A stretch of 64,000 bases of DNA from a virus, in the IMG/VR virus record IMGVR_UViG_3300029253_000304. One strand, written 5' to 3'. Positions 8,868-18,434 of the stretch are shown piece after piece; position 1 is the stretch's first letter; each line of letters starts with the position of its first letter. The notes under the pieces are model-generated. The model was not told where the DNA came from, searched no databases, and was given only the letters and a program-made list of their open reading frames with translations. The translations under genes were made by a program, and so were the position numbers.

Positions 8868-11800
8868 ATGCTGGCTGTAATTCTTGCATTTGCAACGACA
8901 GGATGTATCGCACTTGCTGCTATGTCTGACCTGGTCAGTAACTTCCTCAGTATGGTCGTCATGGTCATTGCCCGTATCATTTTGCAGCTCTGTGACCTCA
9001 TTATGAATCCGCTGCTTGAAATCACACAAATGACAACAGAGGAAGTCGCCGAATACATCCCAGGTTTTGCAATGAGCGGAGACGGTGTTGGCGGCTATTT
9101 CGCAAAAGCTATTATGGTGATTGCAACGACTATTGCGGGAGCGCTGATTGCCGTCCGTATCATTTCTTATTTGCTGGAAATTGCAGATGGTGCAAGAACC
9201 GAAAGCGTGGCAAAACTGATTTGGAATGCTGTCTTTGGTATGGTTCTTACTCTTACAGGCAGTCACTTCCTTCAGTTAATGTTCGATGAAATTATTTCGC
9301 CCTTAACAAAAGCATTGAGCGAAGGCGTTTCCGGAGGAGGATTGGGCGATTTTTCATTTGAAAAGGCGGGCATGTCCATCATCGACTTAACTGAATCCGG
9401 AGATACAACAGAAACAATAATCGCATGGATGGGCGGTTTTGTGCTTGCTCAGGCTGCTGCTTTGGTTGTCAGTGTTGTACTTTTGTTTTTAATTTGGTGG
9501 AACTTGGTTAAATTGGTTCTGGAATGTGCAGAACGATATATCATTTGTGTTTTCACAATTTTGCTTTCACCTTTGGCATTTGCTACAGCAACAAACGAAA
9601 GAACAAAAGATACAGCAATCAACTGGATGCAGATGTTCTGGTCCCAATGCGTCTTGCTAATCCTAAATATTTGGGTCGTTGGTATTGCACGAACGGCATT
9701 GGATATTGGGCTGGTAGGTGCATCGATTGACAGTGTTGTAAAATGGGGCCTTATCACATACGCATACCTCAAAATCGCGCAAAAGCTGGATGACTTGCTT
9801 GCAAAAGCCGGATTTCGGATTACGAGTACAACAGGTCTTGACCCGATGAGCGAAGCGATAGGCGCATTTAGCGTCCTAAAAACTGGCGCACACGATATTC
9901 TTTCTCTTGCGGGTGGTGTTGCCGGTCGAGGCCGTGCTGCTTTTGAAGCGCTTAGCTCGTTTATCGGTGGAGCGGACAACAGCCCGCCGATTGCCACAAA
10001 TCCAGTGACGCCTGCGGGGCCTGGAGGCGCACCGAGCGGGAGCTCGAGTGATTTCAACAAATATGGCAAGGTCAGCTTTGGTGACAAAGAAAAGGCTGAC
10101 CGCTTTGTACGTAGTACGAACGCCGAACGCAGCGATATATACAAAAACCCTGGCGAAACCTTCAACTCCAATTCGAATCGTCAGGCTATGGCAAACGCTC
10201 TGGATGAGCTTGGATTTGACGGCGGTAAGGTATCTCAGGGTACGGTTGAAGACCTGGCTCCTGATAACGCTATCAAGGGCGCTGTAAACGGCAAGGTTAC
10301 TTACCGCGATGAGAATGGCAAGATTACCGGCGTTTCCGGATTCCGTTATTCCAGTGACGAATCTGGTACGACCGCAACCAAGACTTCTGACCTGGCTATC
10401 AGCCCGGATGGGCAAAGCGCTATCCTTACCACGGATAAAGGTAAGTTCCGTCTTGAAAACACCGGACGCACTGCGGCAAACGGTTCTCAGGAATGGACCG
10501 CTACCCGCATGACGGACGGGAAGGGGAGAAACCTTGGCGACGTTATCCCGGATACAAAGAATTCTACATCTTTCAGTGTTCCCGCTGGTCAGTTGAACAA
10601 GTACGGCGCAGATGGTGCAGCCGCAATTGCCGCAAGGTCCGCGATGGAAGGCAAGAACCTGGATTACCTGACTCGTACTACGGATTCTGCGCTCAACAAG
10701 CACGACCAGGAACAGGCGGCTGCTGTTGCCCGAGATGCCAAACAGGCTGAAGCACAAAAGCAGTTTGATACTGCCAAAGAAAATTACGCTGGGCGCTTCC
10801 AGATGTCCAACGAACAGCGTGCTGCAGAAATGCGCGACCCGGATTCTGCTGTCGATTACAATTCTCCGGAATCCTTGGCTGCTATGCAGGATACGCTTGC
10901 AAATGCTGACCCTGCACTGGCAGAGCAGTTTGCTAATGGCGCGAAAGTTACTGGCGTTGATATGGCTATGGGCCGTGACGATATGCCCGATGGCGCTTTG
11001 ACCGTTACGGTCGGCGATGGCAACACTACCGATACTTATATGGTATCGAACCCGAAGAGCAGCCTGACGGACGAAGAAGCTGCCCAGGTTATTGCGTCTG
11101 GACAGTTGCCTAATGAAACAGCTCAGAATGCAGAAAACGCAGATGGCGTTGCTGGCGGACCTAATAACGCTAGTGCGGCGGAGAACGGCACGGATGCGGC
11201 CAAGACCGAAGCCGCTATGCCGGATGAAGATGGCAATATAGCGTACAATTCTTTGGCTGGTGACGATAACGAGCAAGAAGTTACCGGTGAGGAAGTCGGC
11301 GATACCGTTGGTATGACATCGGAAGCTTTTGAAGCTATGCATACGCCCATGACTTGGATGGATGAGCCTGAAGCTGATGAATCTGAAGCTGGAGCGCCTC
11401 CTACTATGTGGGAATACTTTGCGGCAATGTTCAGTGGCCGTTACAGCCGTAATAATTCTGCTCAGCCCACCTACGTACATGTTGTCAACCCTGATGGAGT
11501 TAATTATAAATCCGGTGCTGCTGCTCCGAATGCTGCTAATGCCGCAAATGGCACGACAACCAATACGAATGGTACTGGCAAAGCGGCTGCTGGCAGTGGC
11601 GCACCCACGGATAAGGGCGCACCGACACCGCAGAACGCTACGGCAAGTGCAACGGGAGCAACTGGTTCTGTAAATACCGCTCAGAACGGCAATACTACCG
11701 ATGCGACCAGCACTACGATGGGTGGAGCGGTTTCTCGCTTCTTTGGCGGTGGCAATACTCAGGCTGTGCATAACCCCGATGTGAGCGGTAAAGATTCGAA

Positions 11801-14800
11801 CGCCACGACAACTGAAACCGCCACTGCTCCGAATGCTGCTAATACCACAAACGGCACGACAATCAATGCCAATGGCGCTGATAATACGGCTGTTGGTGGT
11901 ACGGCACCTCGCGCTTCTGGCGCAAACAACGTGAATGTGGTTAATCCCGATGCCGTTGGCAGCAGTTCCGGCTCCACTAAACCTACATCTACACCTGTGG
12001 GCGCACCTACCGCGAATGGTACGGCTGACAGCAAACCGATTAACGCTGCGAATGCAAACACGACTGTAACGGGAGCATCTGCACCTGGCAACGCATCTAG
12101 CGCAAGCACGAATGCACCGCAAGGTAAGTCTGGTGATGGTACACCTACCGATGCAACTGTCAAGGGTTCTGCAACGCCTCTGACCCACGAGGGTAATGCG
12201 CCTATCGACGGTAGTGGTACTGCTGCAAATAAGGGCAATGGCCCCGCTCCCACGCCCGAAGCTGTACCTACACCCAAAGCTGGTACAGCAGAAGGAAAGG
12301 TCGCTGGCCCCGCACCTACTCCCACGCTTGAAACCACGCCCGCTGGCAAGAACGGCGTTGCTCCTGAACAGGGAATTGGCCCTGCTCCTGCTGCTGGCAA
12401 TGGAACTGTACCTGCACCCACGCCCGAAACTGCACCTACAGCGAAAGGCCAGAGTAATGCTCCGTCTGCAAATGTCAATGGCGCTGGTGAAGGAAATACC
12501 GCTCCTACTGGCACTGCCGGTACTACGGCGGCAGAGGAAACTGCGCCTACACCCAGCAATGCTGGTACATTGCCCACCGAGCCTGCCGGTTCTGGCAGCG
12601 ATGCTACTGTCGCTCCTGGCGCTCAGGAACAGAATGTGTCCACAAAATCTGCTCCGAGTTCTGAATCTCAGGGCAATAGCGAAATCTATACTGGTGGTAA
12701 TGGCGTAGATGGAGAAGGCAATACGGTTGTTATTTCTTCTCCCGCTCAGGGCAGCAATGCAACTCAGGCTAAAGATACAACTCCTTCTGAGCACGTTGAA
12801 ACGGAAACCTTTGCTGATAGCAGTGCGACTTCCACCGTTACTCAATCTGCAAGTGAAGACAGCATCACCGATAGCAACGCAGGTCAAACCGAGACTGTCG
12901 TTGGTGGTGGCTCCGTTGGACCTGCAACGCAGTCCGCTACCGACAAGACCGTTACCGAAGAAGGTCCTGCACCCACAACTGCACCGGCAAGCCCCAACAA
13001 CAGCGATTCCGCAGCAAACGATTCTACCGCTTCTGTCGAGTCTCCCGCTGGCAATGCTCCCGGTGAAGAAGTTGCTGGTCCTGCAAAACAGGCTACAAGC
13101 CATGGCTCTGCCGACGCTGAATACACTGGTTCGGAAACACCTACCGGTAACGGTGCTATCAATGAAGGCTCTAGCTCTGTTGGCTCCGAAGTTCAGCTTG
13201 TGGATGACAGTTCCGATACAGTTCAGACCAATGCGCCTGCGCAAACCGAGAACGCAGCTGGGGCTGCTGCCAATGACAGTGCAACGGGTGACGCTTCTGC
13301 TGATTACGCTAAACCTCCGGCTGATGCTGGCAATGCTTCTGGCAACGGTGCTGTTACTGAGAACTCTGGCTCTGCTGATTCCGAAACTCAGTTCACGGAT
13401 GACAGCTCCGCTACGGTTCAAGCCAATGCTCCTACAAGTCATGCTGACGATGTATCTGGTGGCGGTTCTGCCGATTACGTTGAGCCTCCTGCTAACGCTG
13501 AGAACATTTCTGACGGCGGTGCTGCCCCCGTTGTACAGCATACAGACAGTGAACCGGTTGGCAATGAATCCGATGATTCGGATGCACCTTCTGGTTACGT
13601 CGGTGGTACTACGGATGTGGATGCTGGCTCTGCTGACTCTGAGGCTTCGCCCATGGATAGCAATTCTACTACAGTGGAAACTCAGGCACCTGCAAGTCGC
13701 GCTGATAGAACGGTCGATACCAATGATGAAACGGCTGGCGAAGCTGGTTTCGACTATGCTGAACCTCCTGCTGACGCTGGCGGCAATGGCGGTGGCGGCA
13801 ATTACAGCTCTGACGAAGAGACTGCACCTGCTACCCAAGGCGCAAAGGCTCCTGCCGATGAGGGTGATTCTGATATCGGTGAACCTCCTGCAAAGGGAGA
13901 AAGCTCTTCCGATGTTGGTGGTGCTGCTGGTCGTACGACATCCTCCGCTGATGATAGTGACGATTCCGACGACAGCGATGCCGGTTCCGGTTCGTTCGGC
14001 GGCAGCAACGGCAGCTCTCACGACGAGAATCCCGGCTCAGGTGCTTCCGGCAGTGGTGGTGATTCCAACGGCGGCGCTGCTGCTTCCGCAGTACAGTATC
14101 AGAGTGGCGGCGATAATTCTCCCGACGTTGGCGATTCGTTCACCGATAACGAAGGTGCTACCGCAAGCGCAACTGCTGCACCTGAAACTCAAGGCAATGA
14201 CGCAGTGAGTCTCGCAAATGCGGGCTCCGGCAATGAAAGCACTATTGGTCAGGCTGCTCCTACAAAGGCTTCCGCCAGTACGGATACAAATACTTCCAAA
14301 CGGGAAGAGAAGGCCGCACAGAACGATAGTCAAAATAGCTTCGATGGGAATGCAGACGGCTCCGATTACAGTAATAGCACCGCAGTAAAGGATAGCACGC
14401 CGGTTCATGAGCAGAGTGTGGAAAAGCCTCCTGTGGATGGCACGCAGTTCTATGCTGATACATCTCGTGGTAATTCCTTTGCCACATCTGGTAAATCCAG
14501 TACTGAACCCAGTGCATCCAGCGCTGAATACAGCGCTTCCAGTGGTCCTGAAATCCGGCCCTTGAGCCATGTGTCCATCAAGGCATTCAATGATACGAAT
14601 GGTTTTGTTGAGAGCGATGGCATTGGCCGTATTCAGGTCACTCGCGTCAGCGTAGACCCCGATACGGGTGTTACACAGTGGCGCATCATGCAAAAGCTCG
14701 ACGCCGATGGCAACGTTCCTGAGACTCCGGATGTGATGAACATTGAACGGAGTGCCAAGTACAACAAGCAGACCCGCCGGTACGAACCCGAAACGTTTGA

Positions 14801-15089
14801 AGGCATTGCCCGCCAGCTTGGCAAGGTGGATGACTACGAAAGCGTTGGGCCCGATACAGATGAGTCTTACAAACGGCGTAATCGTAACTCCAGTCAGGAT
14901 AGAACCCAATCTGCTGCTCGTTCTGATTCCCAACCTCAGCAGAAAAACGCTTATGAAGGAAAATCGTTCCGTGAACGCAACTCCCGAAATGAGCGCAATG
15001 AGCGGAACAACAGGTTCCAGCAGATGATGCAAGGGAATAAGAACCGCAGCAACGGTTCGAAAAACAAAAAGGATAAGCCGTCCAAGTAA
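8868..15089 (+). CDS. VirB6/TrbL-like polytopic T4SS membrane protein fused to a ~1,700 aa low-complexity (A/G/T/S/N/D/E/P-rich) C-terminal tail
   Basis: N-terminal ~400 aa has at least six hydrophobic helices in a VirB6-like arrangement; remainder is a compositionally biased, repeat-containing region (GPAPTPE repeats; ADY[AV][KE]PPA[DN]A ~60 aa repeats); start placed at ATG 8868 (ORF open from 8676, overlapping the pilin gene). Confidence 0.6.
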   Translation: MLAVILAFATTGCIALAAMSDLVSNFLSMVVMVIARIILQLCDLIMNPLLEITQMTTEEVAEYIPGFAMSGDGVGGYFAKAIMVIATTIAGALIAVRIISYLLEIADGARTESVAKLIWNAVFGMVLTLTGSHFLQLMFDEIISPLTKALSEGVSGGGLGDFSFEKAGMSIIDLTESGDTTETIIAWMGGFVLAQAAALVVSVVLLFLIWWNLVKLVLECAERYIICVFTILLSPLAFATATNERTKDTAINWMQMFWSQCVLLILNIWVVGIARTALDIGLVGASIDSVVKWGLITYAYLKIAQKLDDLLAKAGFRITSTTGLDPMSEAIGAFSVLKTGAHDILSLAGGVAGRGRAAFEALSSFIGGADNSPPIATNPVTPAGPGGAPSGSSSDFNKYGKVSFGDKEKADRFVRSTNAERSDIYKNPGETFNSNSNRQAMANALDELGFDGGKVSQGTVEDLAPDNAIKGAVNGKVTYRDENGKITGVSGFRYSSDESGTTATKTSDLAISPDGQSAILTTDKGKFRLENTGRTAANGSQEWTATRMTDGKGRNLGDVIPDTKNSTSFSVPAGQLNKYGADGAAAIAARSAMEGKNLDYLTRTTDSALNKHDQEQAAAVARDAKQAEAQKQFDTAKENYAGRFQMSNEQRAAEMRDPDSAVDYNSPESLAAMQDTLANADPALAEQFANGAKVTGVDMAMGRDDMPDGALTVTVGDGNTTDTYMVSNPKSSLTDEEAAQVIASGQLPNETAQNAENADGVAGGPNNASAAENGTDAAKTEAAMPDEDGNIAYNSLAGDDNEQEVTGEEVGDTVGMTSEAFEAMHTPMTWMDEPEADESEAGAPPTMWEYFAAMFSGRYSRNNSAQPTYVHVVNPDGVNYKSGAAAPNAANAANGTTTNTNGTGKAAAGSGAPTDKGAPTPQNATASATGATGSVNTAQNGNTTDATSTTMGGAVSRFFGGGNTQAVHNPDVSGKDSNATTTETATAPNAANTTNGTTINANGADNTAVGGTAPRASGANNVNVVNPDAVGSSSGSTKPTSTPVGAPTANGTADSKPINAANANTTVTGASAPGNASSASTNAPQGKSGDGTPTDATVKGSATPLTHEGNAPIDGSGTAANKGNGPAPTPEAVPTPKAGTAEGKVAGPAPTPTLETTPAGKNGVAPEQGIGPAPAAGNGTVPAPTPETAPTAKGQSNAPSANVNGAGEGNTAPTGTAGTTAAEETAPTPSNAGTLPTEPAGSGSDATVAPGAQEQNVSTKSAPSSESQGNSEIYTGGNGVDGEGNTVVISSPAQGSNATQAKDTTPSEHVETETFADSSATSTVTQSASEDSITDSNAGQTETVVGGGSVGPATQSATDKTVTEEGPAPTTAPASPNNSDSAANDSTASVESPAGNAPGEEVAGPAKQATSHGSADAEYTGSETPTGNGAINEGSSSVGSEVQLVDDSSDTVQTNAPAQTENAAGAAANDSATGDASADYAKPPADAGNASGNGAVTENSGSADSETQFTDDSSATVQANAPTSHADDVSGGGSADYVEPPANAENISDGGAAPVVQHTDSEPVGNESDDSDAPSGYVGGTTDVDAGSADSEASPMDSNSTTVETQAPASRADRTVDTNDETAGEAGFDYAEPPADAGGNGGGGNYSSDEETAPATQGAKAPADEGDSDIGEPPAKGESSSDVGGAAGRTTSSADDSDDSDDSDAGSGSFGGSNGSSHDENPGSGASGSGGDSNGGAAASAVQYQSGGDNSPDVGDSFTDNEGATASATAAPETQGNDAVSLANAGSGNESTIGQAAPTKASASTDTNTSKREEKAAQNDSQNSFDGNADGSDYSNSTAVKDSTPVHEQSVEKPPVDGTQFYADTSRGNSFATSGKSSTEPSASSAEYSASSGPEIRPLSHVSIKAFNDTNGFVESDGIGRIQVTRVSVDPDTGVTQWRIMQKLDADGNVPETPDVMNIERSAKYNKQTRRYEPETFEGIARQLGKVDDYESVGPDTDESYKRRNRNSSQDRTQSAARSDSQPQQKNAYEGKSFRERNSRNERNERNNRFQQMMQGNKNRSNGSKNKKDKPSK

Positions 15090-15236
15090 TTCTTAGACGA
15101 TACCCTTTTCCCGACTTTCGAAAGAAAGTCGGGTGTCTCACAAAAAAAGCCAGCACCTCCACGGGGTGTGAGATGGAAATGTGCAAAATCTTCTGCACAG
15201 CTGAGACTGGCTCGATTCAGGAAGGAGTGGTGTAAA

Positions 15237-16961
15237 TTGAGCAATTTAACCGATGAAGCGGTCCACGACGCAAAACAGGGAGCTAAAGCGGTTTCATCAA
15301 CAGTACGCGCTGTAAAACAAGGTGTGAAGGACGCCAAAGTCATTGGTGAGGCGGCAGGACAAGCTGCAACAGGTAACTTTGTCGGTGCCGCTACTACAAT
15401 GGTTACACATCCTAAGACGCTGATTAAAGTTATCGCGGCGGTCATTGTTATTGCGCTCATGCCGGTGCTTTTGCTGCTTTTTGGATTTGCGTTTCTCACT
15501 CAAATTCCAGGAACGATTGCGGAAACAACAATGACTGCATTGGGCGAAACAGTTGATGAGGTTGTACTTGACTGGGAAGAACTCAAGGCTCAGCTATCTA
15601 ATGGTATCGATGACTTTTTGACCTGGATTACAACGGGTGAAAAAGGTGATGCCTCACAAGCGTATCAGGATGATATTGCGATTGCATCGGATGAAATATT
15701 CCAATCTTATATGGGAACGTCAAATGTGATTGTTGCGGTTCTGAATAACTACTTTAGAGATGCGTACAATACATATTCGGAAAATATGAGGTCAAAAGCC
15801 CAGGAAAAAGTTGATGAAGCCAAAAATGCTGCTATTGCAAATGGCGTTGCCACGGACAATATTACTTACACCATCACAAAAGACTTGTACGACGGCAAAA
15901 ATTATCTCAACTGGACGTTCTACATTATGGCTGGAGACAGTTATGCGGCTCGTACAGAAGAAGGACTCCATTTCCGAGTTCCTAAAATGGTAGAGGCGGC
16001 CCGAGAACTTGTCGGAGACAAGGTCTGGAAAACTGAAACCACAACAAATACAACTTATGGGAAAAAGACCGTCACCAAAATGGAGCCCAAGATGGATGAA
16101 GACGGAAATCCGGTTTTTGATGAAGATGGAACGATTGTGATGGAACGCGTAAGTGAAGTGGTAAAGACCGCAACCATCACATGTACCTACAAAGTTTCCC
16201 CTACGGAAGCAGCCAAAAAGGTAATCATGAAGCACTTCAACGTCCCAGAAGATGAAGATACAGTTGAGAGCGATACTTCCGAAGCCGACCTTTTCGATGA
16301 AGAAGCTGCGACAATGCGAAAGCTGTATAACGCCGCTGAAGCTGATTTTGAAGGAGATTCGTCTTTGAATATCGGGGCTGGTGATAGCACTGGTGGCGCT
16401 GGTACTGGCACAGTCATCAGCGGTTCTATCAAACAAATGATTGAACAGTTCTACGCCACCCATTCCGACGAACTGTTTGAGTGCCCGGCTTCGGGCCTTC
16501 TCCCTGGACCGTGGAGCGGCTGGAAGGCCAAGGTTACATCCAGCTGGCAATCGCCTCGTGGCAATACGAAGCACAATGGCACTGATATTGTTCCCCCTCA
16601 TTCGATATATCCAATGAGTGCGCCGTTTAAGGGTATCATTGTTGGTAAACAGGATGGTTATTCAAACGGTGTGCTTGTTACGGAAGGGAATGGTCAACGC
16701 GGTAACATGCTGATGATTTATTACGGGGAACGCGGTGGCGTAGTTCCGGGCGAAAAGAATGGCGTTTTCATTCTGTATCAGCATTTGAGCCCGGGCCTTT
16801 CGTACAATGTTGATGATACAATTTCTGCTGGCGCAACAATCGCTTCCACCGGCTACAGTGGCTATTGTCTTAGTAGTCATGGTGGTACAGGTGAACATTT
16901 GCACCTTGAACTTTATTACGGCGAAACTCAAAAGGACCCCGAAATTGAAATGAGTAACTAA
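15237..16961 (+). CDS. membrane-anchored M23 (LytM-type) peptidoglycan hydrolase, conjugation-associated
   Basis: C-terminal M23 signature HNGTDIV...HLHLELYYGE; N-terminal TM helix; TTG start at 15237 with RBS GAAGGAG (the ORF track start 15168 lacks an RBS). Confidence 0.7.
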   Translation: MSNLTDEAVHDAKQGAKAVSSTVRAVKQGVKDAKVIGEAAGQAATGNFVGAATTMVTHPKTLIKVIAAVIVIALMPVLLLLFGFAFLTQIPGTIAETTMTALGETVDEVVLDWEELKAQLSNGIDDFLTWITTGEKGDASQAYQDDIAIASDEIFQSYMGTSNVIVAVLNNYFRDAYNTYSENMRSKAQEKVDEAKNAAIANGVATDNITYTITKDLYDGKNYLNWTFYIMAGDSYAARTEEGLHFRVPKMVEAARELVGDKVWKTETTTNTTYGKKTVTKMEPKMDEDGNPVFDEDGTIVMERVSEVVKTATITCTYKVSPTEAAKKVIMKHFNVPEDEDTVESDTSEADLFDEEAATMRKLYNAAEADFEGDSSLNIGAGDSTGGAGTGTVISGSIKQMIEQFYATHSDELFECPASGLLPGPWSGWKAKVTSSWQSPRGNTKHNGTDIVPPHSIYPMSAPFKGIIVGKQDGYSNGVLVTEGNGQRGNMLMIYYGERGGVVPGEKNGVFILYQHLSPGLSYNVDDTISAGATIASTGYSGYCLSSHGGTGEHLHLELYYGETQKDPEIEMSN

Positions 16962-17018
16962 ACTAATTGAAGAAAGGAGTAAGGCCCCACTTGAGATAGA
17001 AGTGGGGTCATTTTTATT

Positions 17019-18434
17019 ATGGACAACTTTATGAAAAGTGCCGCTATTTTGGGCGCTTGCCTTTGCTGTCTGACTGCTTGTAAAGGAAACAGCGGAAACA
17101 GCGACACGAATGCTAACAGTTCCACCGCGCCGACCCCGTCCATTCAAAGTACATCGGAACCGTCATCAAATCCTGATATCGGTGGTGAAGTGGATACATC
17201 AGGCGGCACCCAAATGAAAGACGGTGAAATCGTTTTGACTAAACTGAACGTCAAGAGCCCGAACAACCTCGATTGCAACGGATACAAGGAAGTGAAAATG
17301 GGCGATGGTTCTCCTTTATATAAGGAGAAGGCTCAAGTGATTGAAAGTATGGGTTTGATTCCGTATACGGATGAAAACGGAAACGGCCTTGAAATTTTCA
17401 GCGGTCATACCGTGTATCTGCGTCCGAACCCGGAACATATGGAGCCTGCTGAAACTCCTGTGCCTGATGATGGAACCTCAGAAAGTGAGACTGTGGATGG
17501 AACGAATACTTCTTCCGATGACTCTACGTCAAGCGAAGAATCTGATGGCACAATTTTGGGCGTCGATGAGAAGGATATCGTTTCGGAATCCGGACACTTT
17601 GATGCTGATGGAAACTTTGTTATCGATAGAGTGAGCACAACTGGATATGACGATTCGAACGGCTATAGCGTTGACGACGAATACTTGAAGTGCATTGTTT
17701 CCGGCGAGGAAGTTTATGAGCTTGATAAGGATTCGCTTGTCATTGATTATCCAACAGATTTTTCACAGCTTCGAAAAGAAGGTTCTTGTGAGCGACTTTA
17801 CGTTTTCAATTCTCAGGAAGATTACGACCAGGCAATCAAGAATCGAGAAGATGGTCAGGCTATCCTGAAAGGTGAAAAGACTGCTCCTACGAAATGCGTT
17901 ATCTTGAACGGTTCTTTGGTGCCCGGGATGCACTTCTCCATCAATAGCGATGGCCGCTTGTGCGTTTCGGTTCGCGCGTTGGCTGAGGCTTATGACAGCA
18001 ATACGCAGTATGCGGAAGACGCGGGTCTTCTCTATGTTCCCATCACTTATGGGCATTGGGAATATGTGCCGTCCGCAAGAGCTTTGACCAAAGCAAGCGA
18101 GTATTTTGAAATCCACGGTGACAGGAAAACCTTCAAATATACGTCGCGCAATACATCGTATGCCTGGACCGATACGATGACGCTGGCCCAAGATAATACG
18201 TTCGCAATGCCGATTGAAGACGTTTCGAGAATCTTTGGCTGGGAATTCTGGTACAACGATAATATTTTGAAGGTCGTCACGGATTCTCTTGACGATACAA
18301 ACCCTGACAACTTTATCTTGCAGGAAGTGGATACGACCGTTACAGAAGGAGAAGTTGAGAATTTGGATACTTCCGACAGCACAGAAAATACCGATGATAC
18401 CAGCGATACCAGCAGTGAGGTGGATGGACAGTGA
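17019..18434 (+). CDS. acidic lipoprotein of unknown function (T4SS cluster)
   Basis: signal peptide with lipobox LTAC; Asp/Glu/Ser-rich; stop overlaps the start of the coupling protein gene. Confidence 0.5.
   Translation: MDNFMKSAAILGACLCCLTACKGNSGNSDTNANSSTAPTPSIQSTSEPSSNPDIGGEVDTSGGTQMKDGEIVLTKLNVKSPNNLDCNGYKEVKMGDGSPLYKEKAQVIESMGLIPYTDENGNGLEIFSGHTVYLRPNPEHMEPAETPVPDDGTSESETVDGTNTSSDDSTSSEESDGTILGVDEKDIVSESGHFDADGNFVIDRVSTTGYDDSNGYSVDDEYLKCIVSGEEVYELDKDSLVIDYPTDFSQLRKEGSCERLYVFNSQEDYDQAIKNREDGQAILKGEKTAPTKCVILNGSLVPGMHFSINSDGRLCVSVRALAEAYDSNTQYAEDAGLLYVPITYGHWEYVPSARALTKASEYFEIHGDRKTFKYTSRNTSYAWTDTMTLAQDNTFAMPIEDVSRIFGWEFWYNDNILKVVTDSLDDTNPDNFILQEVDTTVTEGEVENLDTSDSTENTDDTSDTSSEVDGQ

Noticed and set aside
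9876-14021. 1,381 aa minus-strand ORF, plus the plus-strand ORFs 12196-12708 and 12709-14208, inside the VirB6-like gene
   Set aside because: They are Cys/Arg/Ser-rich or Leu/Pro-rich translations of the reverse or shifted frame of GC-rich repetitive Ala/Thr/Gly codons. They have no RBS or start context and lie wholly inside a better-supported gene. They are frame artefacts of low-complexity DNA.
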